64,000 nucleotides of DNA from Dehalococcoidia bacterium (GTDB lineage Bacteria > Chloroflexota > Dehalococcoidia > UBA2979), in assembly GCA_965219085.1 (NCBI GenBank), contig OZ244720.1, forward strand, positions 1,280,001 to 1,344,000, given 5' to 3'. The notes under the pieces are model-generated. The model was not told the origin of the DNA, did no database searches, and saw nothing but the letters and a program-made list of their open reading frames with translations. Below, in pieces: positions 1 through 9,615 of the stretch (its first letter is position 1; each line of letters opens with the position of its first letter). A program made the position numbers and the translations under genes.

Positions 1-2
1 AT

Positions 3-245
3 GGCCTCGTCTGCGGCCTCTGCGCTGGCCGCACCCGCGACGCGCTCACCGGCGTCGAGGGCGTGCAGGGCGTGCAGGTCGACCTCGAACGCGGCGTCGC
101 CGTCGTGGAGCACGAGGGTGATGCGCCAGGCCTGGCCGCGTTGCAGGGAGCGCTGGACCGCGCGGTCGTGGCGCGCCCGCTTCGGAAGCTCCTCGACCGG
201 CTCGCGCACCCTCGTCGGCCTCGTAGTGGGCGCACGACCGTCTGA
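3..245 (+). CDS. Heavy-metal-associated (HMA/CopZ-like) domain protein, 5' partial
   Basis: Frame from position 3 reads GLVCGLCAGRTRDALTGVEGVQGVQVDLERG: GxxCxxC plus the GV..V.V.L HMA pattern; extends ORF 63..245. Confidence 0.75.
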   Translation, partial: GLVCGLCAGRTRDALTGVEGVQGVQVDLERGVAVVEHEGDAPGLAALQGALDRAVVARPLRKLLDRLAHPRRPRSGRTTV

Positions 246-1135
246 TGGCGAGCGCAATCACGATCGGCGCGCACTGCTCGGCGTCGGGCGGGCTGTGGAA
301 GGCCGCCGAGCGCGCGATCGCCATCGAGGCCGAAGCCGTGCAGCTCTTCGGCAGCTCGCCCCGCGCGTGGCGCCAGACGCAGCACAAGCCCGAAGCGTTC
401 GAGCGCTTCCGCGAGATGAGTGCCGCGGCGGGCCTCGCGCCCGCCTGGCTGCACGGGACCTACCTGGTCAACCTCGCGGCCGACAGCGAGCAGCAGTACG
501 AGTGCTCGATCGACTCCGTGATCGGCGCGCTGACCGTGGCGCACGAGGCGGGCGCGGCGGGCGTGGTGCTGCACACCGGCTCGCACCGCAGCGCGGGCCT
601 CGACGCCGTGCTGCCACGCGTGCTGACCGCGATCGAACGCATCCTGGACGGGTCGCCCGGCGACGCCACGCTCGCCCTCGAGACCTCGGCCGGGCAGGGC
701 GGCACGATCGGCTCGTTCGCCGATCTCGGGCTCATCCTCGGCGAGGTGCGCTCACCGCGCCTGCAGGTCTGCGTCGACACCTGCCACGTCTTCGCGGCGG
801 GCCACGACCTGCGCACACCCGAGGGCGTCACGGAGATGGTCGAGCTGTTCGACGAGGAGATCGGCCTCGAGTGCCTCGCCGTGGTGCACGCCAACGACTC
901 CAAGGGCGAGCTCGGCGGGAACCGCGACCGTCACGAGAACATCGGCGACGGGGCGATCGGCTACGACGGGTTCCGCGCGGTGCTCGAGTCGATGGCGTTC
1001 GCCGGCAAGATGTTCCTGCTGGAGGTGCCGGGCATCGACAACGACGGGCCGGACCTCGCGAACGTGCGGCGGCTCAAGGCCATCCGCGACGAGGTGACCG
1101 CCGCGGTCAGGCACGGCCAGGGGCCAACGGACTAG
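245..1135 (+). CDS. nfo: Endonuclease IV (AP endonuclease 2)
   Basis: GAH.S..GG, HGTYLVNLA, HTGS, LETSAGQG, DTCHVFAAG, HANDSK, DRHENIG motifs. Confidence 0.95.
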   Translation: MASAITIGAHCSASGGLWKAAERAIAIEAEAVQLFGSSPRAWRQTQHKPEAFERFREMSAAAGLAPAWLHGTYLVNLAADSEQQYECSIDSVIGALTVAHEAGAAGVVLHTGSHRSAGLDAVLPRVLTAIERILDGSPGDATLALETSAGQGGTIGSFADLGLILGEVRSPRLQVCVDTCHVFAAGHDLRTPEGVTEMVELFDEEIGLECLAVVHANDSKGELGGNRDRHENIGDGAIGYDGFRAVLESMAFAGKMFLLEVPGIDNDGPDLANVRRLKAIRDEVTAAVRHGQGPTD

Positions 1136-1488
1136 GGACGCACGTCGCGGGGCTGGTTCGCGAGCGCGCGGAACTCATCCTCCCAGTGCAGGACCTCGAC
1201 GAGCAGGTGCGAGGTGAGGCCCCAGCGTTCGCCCACCGGCGCGCCCTCCGCCTCGAGCTTCACGAGCAGGCGTTCAGACATGGTGCGATGGTCCATGGTG
1301 GCGTCGTTGTGCTCGTTGCGGATGATGACCTCGAACTCGAAGATCGCGTCGATCATCTCGGCCGAGACGAACCCGCCGAACTCGTCCGTGAGTTGCTCGG
1401 CGATCCAGTTGGCGCACTCCTCGGCGAGGCCTTCGTCCATGGCTACGCCGAGGGGATCGTCCGGTGCTGCGCTCGCGTCGCTTGTCAT
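1132..1488 (-). CDS. Hypothetical acidic protein
   Basis: Protein-like ORF, GGAG RBS upstream of ATG 1488, follows the PPOX gene. Confidence 0.7.
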   Translation of the reverse strand: MTSDASAAPDDPLGVAMDEGLAEECANWIAEQLTDEFGGFVSAEMIDAIFEFEVIIRNEHNDATMDHRTMSERLLVKLEAEGAPVGERWGLTSHLLVEVLHWEDEFRALANQPRDVRP

Positions 1489-1492
1489 CTGG

Positions 1493-1933
1493 TTACTCCG
1501 TCGTTCCACCCTGCTCAACGAGCCAGGGCCCCCAGCCGCCGAGCCGCTCGGCGGCGATGCGCACGAGCAGCCGCGGCGCGCCGGCTCCCCGAAACTGTGC
1601 CAGTAGTTGCTGCTCGCCAGGCTCGGTGAAGCGCTGGCCGAGCTTCTCGATATGCTCCTCGGCGCCCTCCGGCGTCATGGCGGTGACCCGGCCATGCACC
1701 AGCAGGTACGACAGCGGGTTGCCGTGATCCCGCACGCTCACGATCACGCGCGGATCGTGGCGCATGTTGCGGACCTTCACCCGCCCGTCGACGGTGTTGC
1801 ACAGCAACCCGTCGCCCTCGACGTCGAACCAGAGCATCGAGGTCTGTGGTGAGCCATCCGGGTTCCTCGTGACGAGGCGTCCGTAGGCGCGATCCTCGAG
1901 GAGCCTGCGGGCCGACGGCGGGATGGCGATCAT
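1493..1933 (-). CDS. PPOX-class F420-dependent oxidoreductase
   Basis: LVTRNPDGSPQTS..W, GRVKVRNMRHDPRV motifs. Confidence 0.9.
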   Translation of the reverse strand: MIAIPPSARRLLEDRAYGRLVTRNPDGSPQTSMLWFDVEGDGLLCNTVDGRVKVRNMRHDPRVIVSVRDHGNPLSYLLVHGRVTAMTPEGAEEHIEKLGQRFTEPGEQQLLAQFRGAGAPRLLVRIAAERLGGWGPWLVEQGGTTE

Positions 1934-2072
1934 GCAGGCCTTTCGTGCTGCGCGACGGCGGGGTGGCGCCCACCCGCGCGATCATACCGGCGGCGGCGGT
2001 TGCGCCAACCTGACGTTGACGGCAGGTTTGGGCGAACCTACCCTGACATACCCGCCCACCGATGCGGCGAGC

Positions 2073-2162
2073 CGGCCTGATGCGCGCGGCTGCGCGCAGT
2101 GTCGGCCAGATGCGCGCGGACGCGCGCAGTGTGGGCCTGATGCGCGCGGACGCGTGCGGGAA
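2073..2162 (+). repeat. Three tandem 30-bp imperfect repeats
   Basis: cggcctgatgcgcgcggctgcgcgcagtgt / cggccagatgcgcgcggacgcgcgcagtgt / gggcctgatgcgcgcggacgcgtgcgggaa. Confidence 0.85.
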
Positions 2163-2168
2163 GCGCCG

Positions 2169-3620
2169 ATGACTGCTCGCCCCGTCACCGCCGACGACGC
2201 CGAGCGCCGCTCGCCCGGGCAGCCCGGCGATCCGGCCGCGAACGGCGCACCGCCGACGCAACCGGGAGGGCCGCCGGCCAACGTCGCTCCTCCGGGCCGC
2301 CATAGCGGGCCCGGCGGCGGACCCCCGGGCGGCCCCGGCGGGCAGAACCCCGGCCTGCGGCGCACGTTCTCCGCGTTCAAGTACCCGAAGTACCGCCTGC
2401 TCTGGATCTCGATGGCCGTCGGCATGACGGGCATGCAGATGCAGATGATCGCGCAGGGGTTGCTCGCCTTCGAGCTCTCGGGCACGTTCACGGCGGTCGG
2501 CGTGCTGGCGATGGCGTGGGGCGTGCCGCAGTTCTTCTTCGCACTCCCCGGCGGCGCGATCGCTGACCGCATGGACAAGCGGCGCATCCTGCTCATCACG
2601 CAAGTGGCGGTGATGGCGCAGGCGATCGTGATCGGGCTGGCAATCACCACCGACGTGATCTCGCTGCCGATGCTGTTCGTGGTCGGCGTGTTCATGGGCG
2701 CGACATTCTCATTCAACATGCCCGCCCGCCAGGCGTTCATCCCCGAAGTCGTGCCGCGCGAGCAGATGATGAACGCCATCGCGCTCAACAACACCGCGAT
2801 GAACGCCACGCGCATCTTCTCGCCGCTCGCGGCCGGGCTCTTCATCTCGTGGTGGGGCTTCGACGTGACCTACTACATCACCGGCGCGATGTACGGCGTC
2901 GGCTGGATCACCGTCATCCTGCTCCCCCGCAGCACCGCGCACCTCAACCGTGAGAAGCGTGGCATGTTCGACGACATCGGCATCGGGCTGCGCTACGTGC
3001 GCGACATGCCCGCGCTGCGCACCTTGATGTTCATGGCGTTCGTGCCGATCCTGCTCGGCATCCCCTACGTCACGATCCTCCCCGCGTTCGCGCGCGCCGA
3101 CCTGGGCCAGGGCGAGTTCGGGTTCAGCCTGCTCGTCGGGCTGTCGGCGGTGGGAGCGCTGCTCGGCTCGCTCGTCATCGCGGCGCTCAACCCTCGATCG
3201 AAGCTGCCGCTCATCCAGAGCTTCCTCGGGGCGGGCTGGGGCGCCGGCCTCGTGCTGCTCGGCCTCGGCTCGGCGGTGTTCGGCTTCCCGGGCGCGCTCG
3301 CGGCGATGCTCCTGCTGGGCGTGTTCCAGATGGGCTACATGGCGCTCAACAACTCGATGCTGATGATGACCGCCGCGCCCGAGTACCACGGGCGGGTGAT
3401 GAGCCTCTACATGCTCACGTTCGGCATCTTCCCGCTGATGGGCGGGCCGCTCGGTGTGCTCGGCGACGCCATCGGGGGGTTCGCGACCTTCACCGTCCTC
3501 GGCGTCGCGCTCGTCGTCTTCATCGTGCTGATGGCCATCGTCGGCGGGCAGCCTTCGCTCTCGCCCCGGCGTGCGAAGTCGTCGCACGAGGGCATCGCGG
3601 AGGCGGAGGCCACCGTCTGA
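2169..3620 (+). CDS. MFS transporter (MFS_3-like) with Pro/Gly-rich N-terminus
   Basis: GGAIADRMDKRRIL motif A, PARQAFIPEVVP, about 12 hydrophobic segments; start uncertain. Confidence 0.9.
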   Translation: MTARPVTADDAERRSPGQPGDPAANGAPPTQPGGPPANVAPPGRHSGPGGGPPGGPGGQNPGLRRTFSAFKYPKYRLLWISMAVGMTGMQMQMIAQGLLAFELSGTFTAVGVLAMAWGVPQFFFALPGGAIADRMDKRRILLITQVAVMAQAIVIGLAITTDVISLPMLFVVGVFMGATFSFNMPARQAFIPEVVPREQMMNAIALNNTAMNATRIFSPLAAGLFISWWGFDVTYYITGAMYGVGWITVILLPRSTAHLNREKRGMFDDIGIGLRYVRDMPALRTLMFMAFVPILLGIPYVTILPAFARADLGQGEFGFSLLVGLSAVGALLGSLVIAALNPRSKLPLIQSFLGAGWGAGLVLLGLGSAVFGFPGALAAMLLLGVFQMGYMALNNSMLMMTAAPEYHGRVMSLYMLTFGIFPLMGGPLGVLGDAIGGFATFTVLGVALVVFIVLMAIVGGQPSLSPRRAKSSHEGIAEAEATV

Positions 3621-3644
3621 CGGCCTGCCGTGGAGTGGGCGCCG

Positions 3645-4469
3645 CTACGCGGGCTCGAAGACGAGCTGGAACTCCATCACGCCGAATTCGTCGATGGCGA
3701 GCACGATGAAGGGCCGGGGCGCCACCATCTCGTAGTCGCCAAACTGGATCCCGATCGATCCCACCACCACCACGAACCCGCCCGTGCGCTGCCCCTCGAG
3801 CGGGATCGTGACCTCGCGGGTCACGCCGTGGATGGTCAGCTCTCCGACGGCGTCCACCGTGATCACATCGCCCTCGGCGGGTACGGCGTCAAGCGCGATC
3901 GGTTGCGTCAGGGAGAATGACGCGGTGGGGTACGCAGCCGTCTCGAGGCCGCGCGTTTCCAGGGCGCGGTCGCGTCGCGAGTCGTCGCTCACGAGCCTGG
4001 TCACATCTGCCTCGATCTCGACGACGGTAATCGTCGCGCCGTCGAAGGCGAGGGAGCCGTTGACGGCGCTCGTCCGCCCGACGGCCGTCTGGACGCCGAC
4101 GTTCAGGAGCTCCTCGTTGACGCGGTAGCCGACGAAGGTCTCGCCCTCACTGGAAACGACCCACTCGCCCGTCGGATCGTCGGGCCAGACGGCTTCAGCG
4201 GCCGGCTCCTCGGTCGCGGTGGGCGTCGCGGTTGCCGCGGGCGTCGACGCGGGTGCGGACGCCGCGGTCGCCGTCGGGTCGGGCGTCGACGTGGCGGGCG
4301 CCGTCGTGGGCGTGGGGGTCGCGGTCTGCTGCACCGAACTCACCGCAGTCTCGAGACTGACGGGGGCCGGCGCGGTGTCGCGGATGACGAAGTACCACAC
4401 GCCCGCCGCGACAACGGCGACGACGACAACTGCCAGGATCGCGATGCGTGTGCGCGTCTGAGTGAGCAT
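3645..4469 (-). CDS. YceI-family membrane-anchored protein
   Basis: N-terminal TM, Thr/Pro linker, VGYRVNE, SDDSRRD, GELTIHGVTREV. Confidence 0.88.
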   Translation of the reverse strand: MLTQTRTRIAILAVVVVAVVAAGVWYFVIRDTAPAPVSLETAVSSVQQTATPTPTTAPATSTPDPTATAASAPASTPAATATPTATEEPAAEAVWPDDPTGEWVVSSEGETFVGYRVNEELLNVGVQTAVGRTSAVNGSLAFDGATITVVEIEADVTRLVSDDSRRDRALETRGLETAAYPTASFSLTQPIALDAVPAEGDVITVDAVGELTIHGVTREVTIPLEGQRTGGFVVVVGSIGIQFGDYEMVAPRPFIVLAIDEFGVMEFQLVFEPA

Positions 4470-4703
4470 GGACGTTCTCCCCCGACCGGTCGGCTACCGC
4501 ACCCTGCCCGGGCACGGGCGTGATCAGGGTACCGACTGCGGAGCTAGGAATCCTCTGAGCAAGTGGACTGGCGGCGGCGATTGCTCCCCGGCAGGTTGTA
4601 TTGGACAAGGAGGACCGCAGGGGAGGGGGCCGGGGGAGGGCGGGGGCCTCTTTTGCCTTCCCGTCGCGCCTCGACGAGCGCGCGGAACGCACTGCTCGCC
4701 GGG

Positions 4704-4956
4704 TCAGGCGAGTTGGGGCTCGGCTCGCAGCAGGTTCGTCAAGCCCAGCAGCAGCGCCAGCCGCTCCCGGTTCTTCGCCAGACCGCGGTAGCGCAGCTTG
4801 TCGTAGCTGAAGCGCCGCTTCACCGCGAGGAAGGGGTGCTCCACCTTCGCCCGCAGCGACGCCTTCGCTCGCTCCGCCCGCGCCTCCGCGCTCCTCGGCT
4901 CAAGCAGCCGCCTCAGGCCGGGCCGCAGCGCCACCCGCCACTCGACCTCCGACCCC
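4704..4956 (-). pseudogene. IS5 transposase C-terminal fragment
   Basis: GSEVEWRVALRPG...KASLRAKVEHPF...RYRGLAKN...RAEPQLA, homologous to the + strand copy. Confidence 0.85.
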
Positions 4957-4961
4957 GTTCG

Positions 4962-5654
4962 ATGCTCGAGTTCGCCGGTCTCAGCCTCTCCGAGCCGATT
5001 CCCGATGAGACGACGATCCTCAACTTCCGCCACCTGCTGGAGCATCATCAGTTGGGAACGGCGCTGTTCGCGACGATCAACGCGCACCTGGCGCGGCAGG
5101 GTCTGCAGGTGCGCGAGGGCACGATCGTGGACTCCACGATCATCAGCGCGCCGTCATCGACGAAGAACCGCGAGCGTGCGCGCGACCCCGAGATGCACCA
5201 GACCAGCAAGGGCCGGCAGTGGTACTTCGGGATGAAGCTGCACACCGGCACGGATGCGCGGACGGGGCTGGTCCACAGCGTGAGCACGACGGCGGCGAAC
5301 GTCTCCGGCGTGACCGAGGCGCATCGCCTCTTGCACGGCGGTGAGACGGAGGCGTGGGGCGATGCCGGCTACCAGGGAGTGGAGAAGCGCCCGGAGCACG
5401 CGGGGTCGGAGGTGAGCTGGCAGGTGGCGCTGCGCCCGGGTCTCAGGCGGCAGCTGGCGCCGGGGGGCGCTGAGGCGCAGGCGGAGCGGCGCAAGGCCTC
5501 GGTGCGCGCCAAGGCTGAGCATCCGTTTCTCTACGTGAAGCGGCACTTCGGGTACGCGCAGGTCCGCTACCGGGGTCTTGAGAAGAACCGCCAGCGTCTC
5601 ATGCTGCTGCTCGGCTTCACGAACCTGTTGCGCGCCGAGCCTCAGCTCGCGTGA
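4962..5654 (+). pseudogene. IS5 transposase, N-terminally truncated (DDE domain retained)
   Basis: PDETTILNFRHLLE, VDSTII.APSSTKN, RDPEMHQT, GDAGYQG, AEHPF; N-terminal part absent. Confidence 0.9.
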
Positions 5655-5791
5655 TCGCGGGAGCCGTGCGTCCGGAATCGCCCGCCGGAGCGCTTCCGGA
5701 GCGACATGGAGGCGAGACCACCCCCTGAACCGCGGCTCGGCACGCTGATCGATCCGCACCGCGCCCGACACGCCACCTGATCAGACCATCC

Positions 5792-6643
5792 CTAGTACTG
5801 CTCGGCCGGCTCGCCCACCTGCTCCAGCTCGATAACCTCGAAGTCGTCGTCGTCGAGGTCGCCGAGGCCGCGCGCGCTGCCGCCGTTCGCGCTGCGCGCG
5901 CGCTCGTACAGCTCGAAGAGCGTGCGCTTGTGCGGGCGCTTCGCGCCCAGCGGGCACTCCTCCCACGCCTCGTAGTCCTCGTCGCAGTAGCCAAGGCGGA
6001 ACTCGCCGCACTTCGGCTGGATGTAGCGCGCGAGCTCCGGGAAAGCGCGCTTCAGCTCGGCGCGCATCATCGCGACCACCTTGCGGAACTCCCACTGCGC
6101 GCGCGTGCACAGCCGCAGGTCGGCGATGTGCAGGAGTTCGAGGTAGTTCACCGTGACCTTGAAGTTCGTGTTCGTCGCGTTCGGCAGCAGGAAGCGCGCA
6201 TCCTCGGCCGGCACGCCGGAGTCGACGAGTTCGCGGTAGGCGTTCCCGGCGGCCTCGACGGCGTGCTCGAAGGCCTCCTCCTTGCCGGCCCGGCGGATGC
6301 TCTCCGGGGTGGTGAAGGGGAACGTGCCGTCCTTGTACGTGACGTAGCGCTGCGACTGCTGCTCGAACGAGATACCGATGTGGTGGCGCACGAACTGGTG
6401 CGAGAAGGCGCGGCTCACACCGGAGATGCCGAACTCGAACCAGATCTGCTGGAGGGGCGAGGCGTGCCCCGTCGCCAGCCGGGTGTCGATGAAGTCCTGC
6501 ATCTGCTCACGCGAGATGCGCCCGTCGGCGATGCGCGCCTCGATCTGCGCGGGCGTGAGCGCCGAGTAGCAGACACGGAACGCGGTGTAGAGCGTGCGCA
6601 GCGGATCCGGCGTGTGGTCGATCAGCGTCACTTCGATGGTCAT
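5792..6643 (-). CDS. thyX: FAD-dependent thymidylate synthase
   Basis: GH.SP, GVSRAFSHQFVRHH...SQRYV, EDARFLLPNA, RLCTRAQWE. Confidence 0.92.
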   Translation of the reverse strand: MTIEVTLIDHTPDPLRTLYTAFRVCYSALTPAQIEARIADGRISREQMQDFIDTRLATGHASPLQQIWFEFGISGVSRAFSHQFVRHHIGISFEQQSQRYVTYKDGTFPFTTPESIRRAGKEEAFEHAVEAAGNAYRELVDSGVPAEDARFLLPNATNTNFKVTVNYLELLHIADLRLCTRAQWEFRKVVAMMRAELKRAFPELARYIQPKCGEFRLGYCDEDYEAWEECPLGAKRPHKRTLFELYERARSANGGSARGLGDLDDDDFEVIELEQVGEPAEQY

Positions 6644-6694
6644 GGTGCACCCCCGCGCGGCGGGGACAACGACCCGGCGAGTCCCGCCGAGCCG

Positions 6695-6724
6695 ATTATA
6701 TGATCAACTGCCTGTACGCGTCGA
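6695..6724 (-). promoter_or_regulatory. Putative sigma70 promoter of thyX
   Basis: TCGACG-N18-TATAAT on the minus strand about 50 bp upstream of the start. Confidence 0.5.
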
Positions 6725-6749
6725 CGGAAGCGCTCAGACCCGTGTCCGG

Positions 6750-7142
6750 TCAGACGGACTCGATAGTGAGGCCCTCGATCCGCTCGAAGTGGCGGCGGTT
6801 GTTCGTGAGCACGGTGAGGCTGTGCCGCAAGGCCGTGGCTCCGATGAACAGGTCGAGGTCGCCGATGAGGTTGCCTTCCGCTCGAAGTCGCCTCCGCTCG
6901 CGCCCGAAGATCCTGCCGATCTCCTCGTCCACATCCAGAAGGTCCACTCGCTCCAGGAAAGTGTCCAACTCCTGCTCACTCCGTTGTGGATCCACATCGC
7001 CCTGCACGCCATCGTACAGCTCGCCGAGCGATACGACGCTCAGGCCGACTCCGTCCGGAGTCACCTCAGCGATGCGATCGACAACACGCGCGACCTGGTG
7101 CATGTAGTCGATCACCCAGTCCGTGTCCACGAGGTACTGCAC
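6750..7142 (-). CDS. vapC: VapC-family PIN toxin
   Basis: YLVDTDWVID, ELYDG, DLFIGATA, LTNN.RHFERI; GTG start. Confidence 0.92.
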   Translation of the reverse strand: MQYLVDTDWVIDYMHQVARVVDRIAEVTPDGVGLSVVSLGELYDGVQGDVDPQRSEQELDTFLERVDLLDVDEEIGRIFGRERRRLRAEGNLIGDLDLFIGATALRHSLTVLTNNRRHFERIEGLTIESV

Positions 7143-7146
7143 GGCG

Positions 7147-7416
7147 CTATGGCGCCGGCGGTTCGCGGGAGCCGGTGATGCGCGCCTCGTAGAGCATCCG
7201 CTTGAGCTCCTCGGGATCGTGCTGGCCCACCCAGCCACCCGCCCCGGCGCGCATCGCTTCCGGGTCACGATTGGCCGACGGCTTCTCGTCGACGGTCAGG
7301 AGCACCTCCTGATTTTCGGCGAGGTCGACCTCGTCCAGTGGCTCAAAGACGCCGTTCGAGTAGCGCGCCCTGACGCTCCTGAGCACCATGATCGTCTCCC
7401 GTGGCTCCTCAGCCAT
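7147..7416 (-). CDS. AF2212/DUF104-like antitoxin
   Basis: VRARYSNGVFEPLDEVDLAENQEV; directly upstream of vapC; alternative start 7389. Confidence 0.85.
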   Translation of the reverse strand: MAEEPRETIMVLRSVRARYSNGVFEPLDEVDLAENQEVLLTVDEKPSANRDPEAMRAGAGGWVGQHDPEELKRMLYEARITGSREPPAP

Positions 7417-7453
7417 CTTCGCACAGCCGCGACCCGTCGACAGAAGGGCGGGG

Positions 7454-8017
7454 CTAGCTCCGCGCTGCCCGCGTCGAGACCGCGAGCGACTCGTGCAGGC
7501 AGGCATCGCACGTCTGCTCGTGCAGCCGGCGTTCGAGGGCGAGTGACTCATTGAGCCATTCCCGGGGTTGCGGCTCACCGGGCACCCGCAGCGCGAGGTT
7601 GCTCCGCGCCGCCCGGACGCCGAGCTCGGCGGCGACCTTGATGGCCGTCACCTTGTAGTGGCGCGACAGCAGATACGCGTCGTCCGAGGTCAGCTCGCAC
7701 CCGCCGCCCGCCCCGTGGCGCTCCACGAGGCCGTAGAAGTGCAGCCAGAACCGGCGCGAATGGTGCTCGGCCGGCGGCAGCGTGAGGTGCGCGAGCTCGT
7801 GCAGCAGCGTCGACGCGAGCGCCGCGTGGCCACGGTCCGCGGGCGCCCGGATCACGATGCGGCGACGGCGGTGTTCCGCCCAGCTCTTCGGCCTCGGATC
7901 GCCCCAGCGCCACTCGATGCGGCAGTGGCGCCGATACCCCGCCTCGTCCAGCACGTGGTGCGACAGGTCCTGTGCCCACTCTGGCGTCGGCAGCATGGGG
8001 AAGAAGATGTCGGCCAT
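7454..8017 (-). CDS. Hypothetical zincin-like protein (HExxH)
   Basis: LLHELAH...HSRRFW, as in SprT/YgjP/WLM-type minigluzincins. Confidence 0.6.
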   Translation of the reverse strand: MADIFFPMLPTPEWAQDLSHHVLDEAGYRRHCRIEWRWGDPRPKSWAEHRRRRIVIRAPADRGHAALASTLLHELAHLTLPPAEHHSRRFWLHFYGLVERHGAGGGCELTSDDAYLLSRHYKVTAIKVAAELGVRAARSNLALRVPGEPQPREWLNESLALERRLHEQTCDACLHESLAVSTRAARS

Positions 8018-8075
8018 CGCGCGCCCAGTCTGCACCACGCTCGGCGCTGACGCGCGCCGCCGCTAGCATGCCCCC

Positions 8076-8519
8076 ATGACTGCTGCGGTGTGGCGCGTCG
8101 GCGGCGAGGTGATCGAGCGCGAGGAGCTCCTCGACGGGCGCTGCCAGGTCGTGCTCGACGGCGAGGCCGACCCTGCCGGCGCCACCGACGAGGCAGCTGC
8201 CGAGGGCGTCGCGTTCGCCGTCAGCCTCGTCTGGCTGCTCGGCCGCGAGGGGGCGGTCCCGCTCACCGAGGGCTACGTGACCGTCGCCGGTGACGCGGGC
8301 GAGCTCAACGCCTCGCTCGACGCCGGCAGCGTCGAGGCGAGCGATGAGACAGGGGCCGCCGCCGTGCGCGCCCGCTTCGTCGTCGACGCCGCCGAAGGCG
8401 ATCTCAGCGGCTTCCCGCAGTTGCGTGGCGACCCCGCGAGCGGCGCGCGCGTGACGTGCGACATCGAGGTCGGGACGGAGTCCTGGAGCGGCGAGTTGCG
8501 GCTCGAGGAGCCGGGGTAG
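8076..8519 (+). CDS. Hypothetical protein
   Basis: Protein-like acidic ORF filling the intergenic space. Confidence 0.6.
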   Translation: MTAAVWRVGGEVIEREELLDGRCQVVLDGEADPAGATDEAAAEGVAFAVSLVWLLGREGAVPLTEGYVTVAGDAGELNASLDAGSVEASDETGAAAVRARFVVDAAEGDLSGFPQLRGDPASGARVTCDIEVGTESWSGELRLEEPG

Positions 8520-8547
8520 GCGAACCGGCCGCCATCCTTGGGCGAGG

Positions 8548-9513
8548 CTACCTCGGCATCAAGAACCGCGCCGCGAAGCGCCAGAGCACACGGCGCAAGC
8601 GGAACGACAGGCGCGAGCGGCGGTCGCTCATCGTCTGACCGATGCGGCCCGTCGCCTCCGGCTGACCCATCGCGATGAACTGCCGCCAGTCGCGCAGCGA
8701 CGGCTCGCGGTCGGCCTTCACCTCCGCGGGCGCCTCGAAGCGGTCTAAGTCCCCGAAGCCGCGCGGCCCGTTGGTCATGACGCTCAGCCCGGCTGCCTGC
8801 GAGAGGCACACGCCGCCCGCGACATCCCAGATGCTGGGCGCGGTGAACACGGCGTACTGAAAGATGCCGGCCGCGACGAACGCACACTCGATGGCGACCG
8901 AACCGGTGACCCGGATGTCCCAGCCACCGAACCGCCCCGGCGACCCGGCCGGGCCCGCACCCAGCTTGCGACTGACACCACTCGTCGGCCGCACCTGCGG
9001 CATCATCTCGCCCTCGAAGTGGAGTGCACCGCCGAGGTGCGCGTGGTAGACGCCGGGCCGCAGCGCGTGCCCGGTCGAGCACCAGATCGCTCCGACGATG
9101 GGCAGCCCGTGGTGGAGTACCCCGATCGACACCGCGTAGAGCGGGAACCCGTTCACGAAGTTCGTCGTGCCGTCGACTGGATCGACCACCCACACGAACG
9201 CCGCGTCGCGGTCGGGGTGCGTGTCGACCTCCTCACCGAGGAGGCCATGGTCCGGGAAGCGCTCGCCCACGCGCTCGCGCAGGAACTGCTCGACCGCCCG
9301 GTCCACCTCGCTCACGGGGTTCGAGGGTGGCCGGCCGTCCTTGCCGGCATCCTTGTACTCGACGGCGATCTCGCGGGTGAGCGTCTCCATGATGCGCTCG
9401 CCCGCCATCCGCGCGAGCTCGACGGCGACCGTCTCGACCTCCAGGAGCTCCGGCTCCGGGGGCGGCGGTAGGCCACCGGCGGCGGCCGGCGAGGCCCCGG
9501 TCACGCCCGTCAT
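8548..9513 (-). CDS. Inositol monophosphatase family protein
   Basis: LGEE, WVVDPVDGTTNF, WDVAGG motifs. Confidence 0.92.
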   Translation of the reverse strand: MTGVTGASPAAAGGLPPPPEPELLEVETVAVELARMAGERIMETLTREIAVEYKDAGKDGRPPSNPVSEVDRAVEQFLRERVGERFPDHGLLGEEVDTHPDRDAAFVWVVDPVDGTTNFVNGFPLYAVSIGVLHHGLPIVGAIWCSTGHALRPGVYHAHLGGALHFEGEMMPQVRPTSGVSRKLGAGPAGSPGRFGGWDIRVTGSVAIECAFVAAGIFQYAVFTAPSIWDVAGGVCLSQAAGLSVMTNGPRGFGDLDRFEAPAEVKADREPSLRDWRQFIAMGQPEATGRIGQTMSDRRSRLSFRLRRVLWRFAARFLMPR

Positions 9514-9615
9514 CGCGCGCCTCGCACAGCAGCGCGCGACCGCGTCGCTTGGCGCGGCGTGGCTGCGTTCGCTAGCCTCGGCTGTAACAGTGGCGCCGAG
9601 TGGGCAGGGACGCAC

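Larger units (their letters stand above)
4548..5791. mobile_element. Chimeric IS5-family remnant made of two transposase 3' halves fused head-to-head
   Basis: Terminal IRs gaatcctctgagcaagtgg vs ggatggtctgatcaggtgg (14/19), CTAG on both sides (4544-4547, 5792-5795). Confidence 0.75.

Noticed and set aside
2073-2162. Possible CRISPR array
   Set aside because: Repeats are contiguous without spacers, and no cas genes are in the window.
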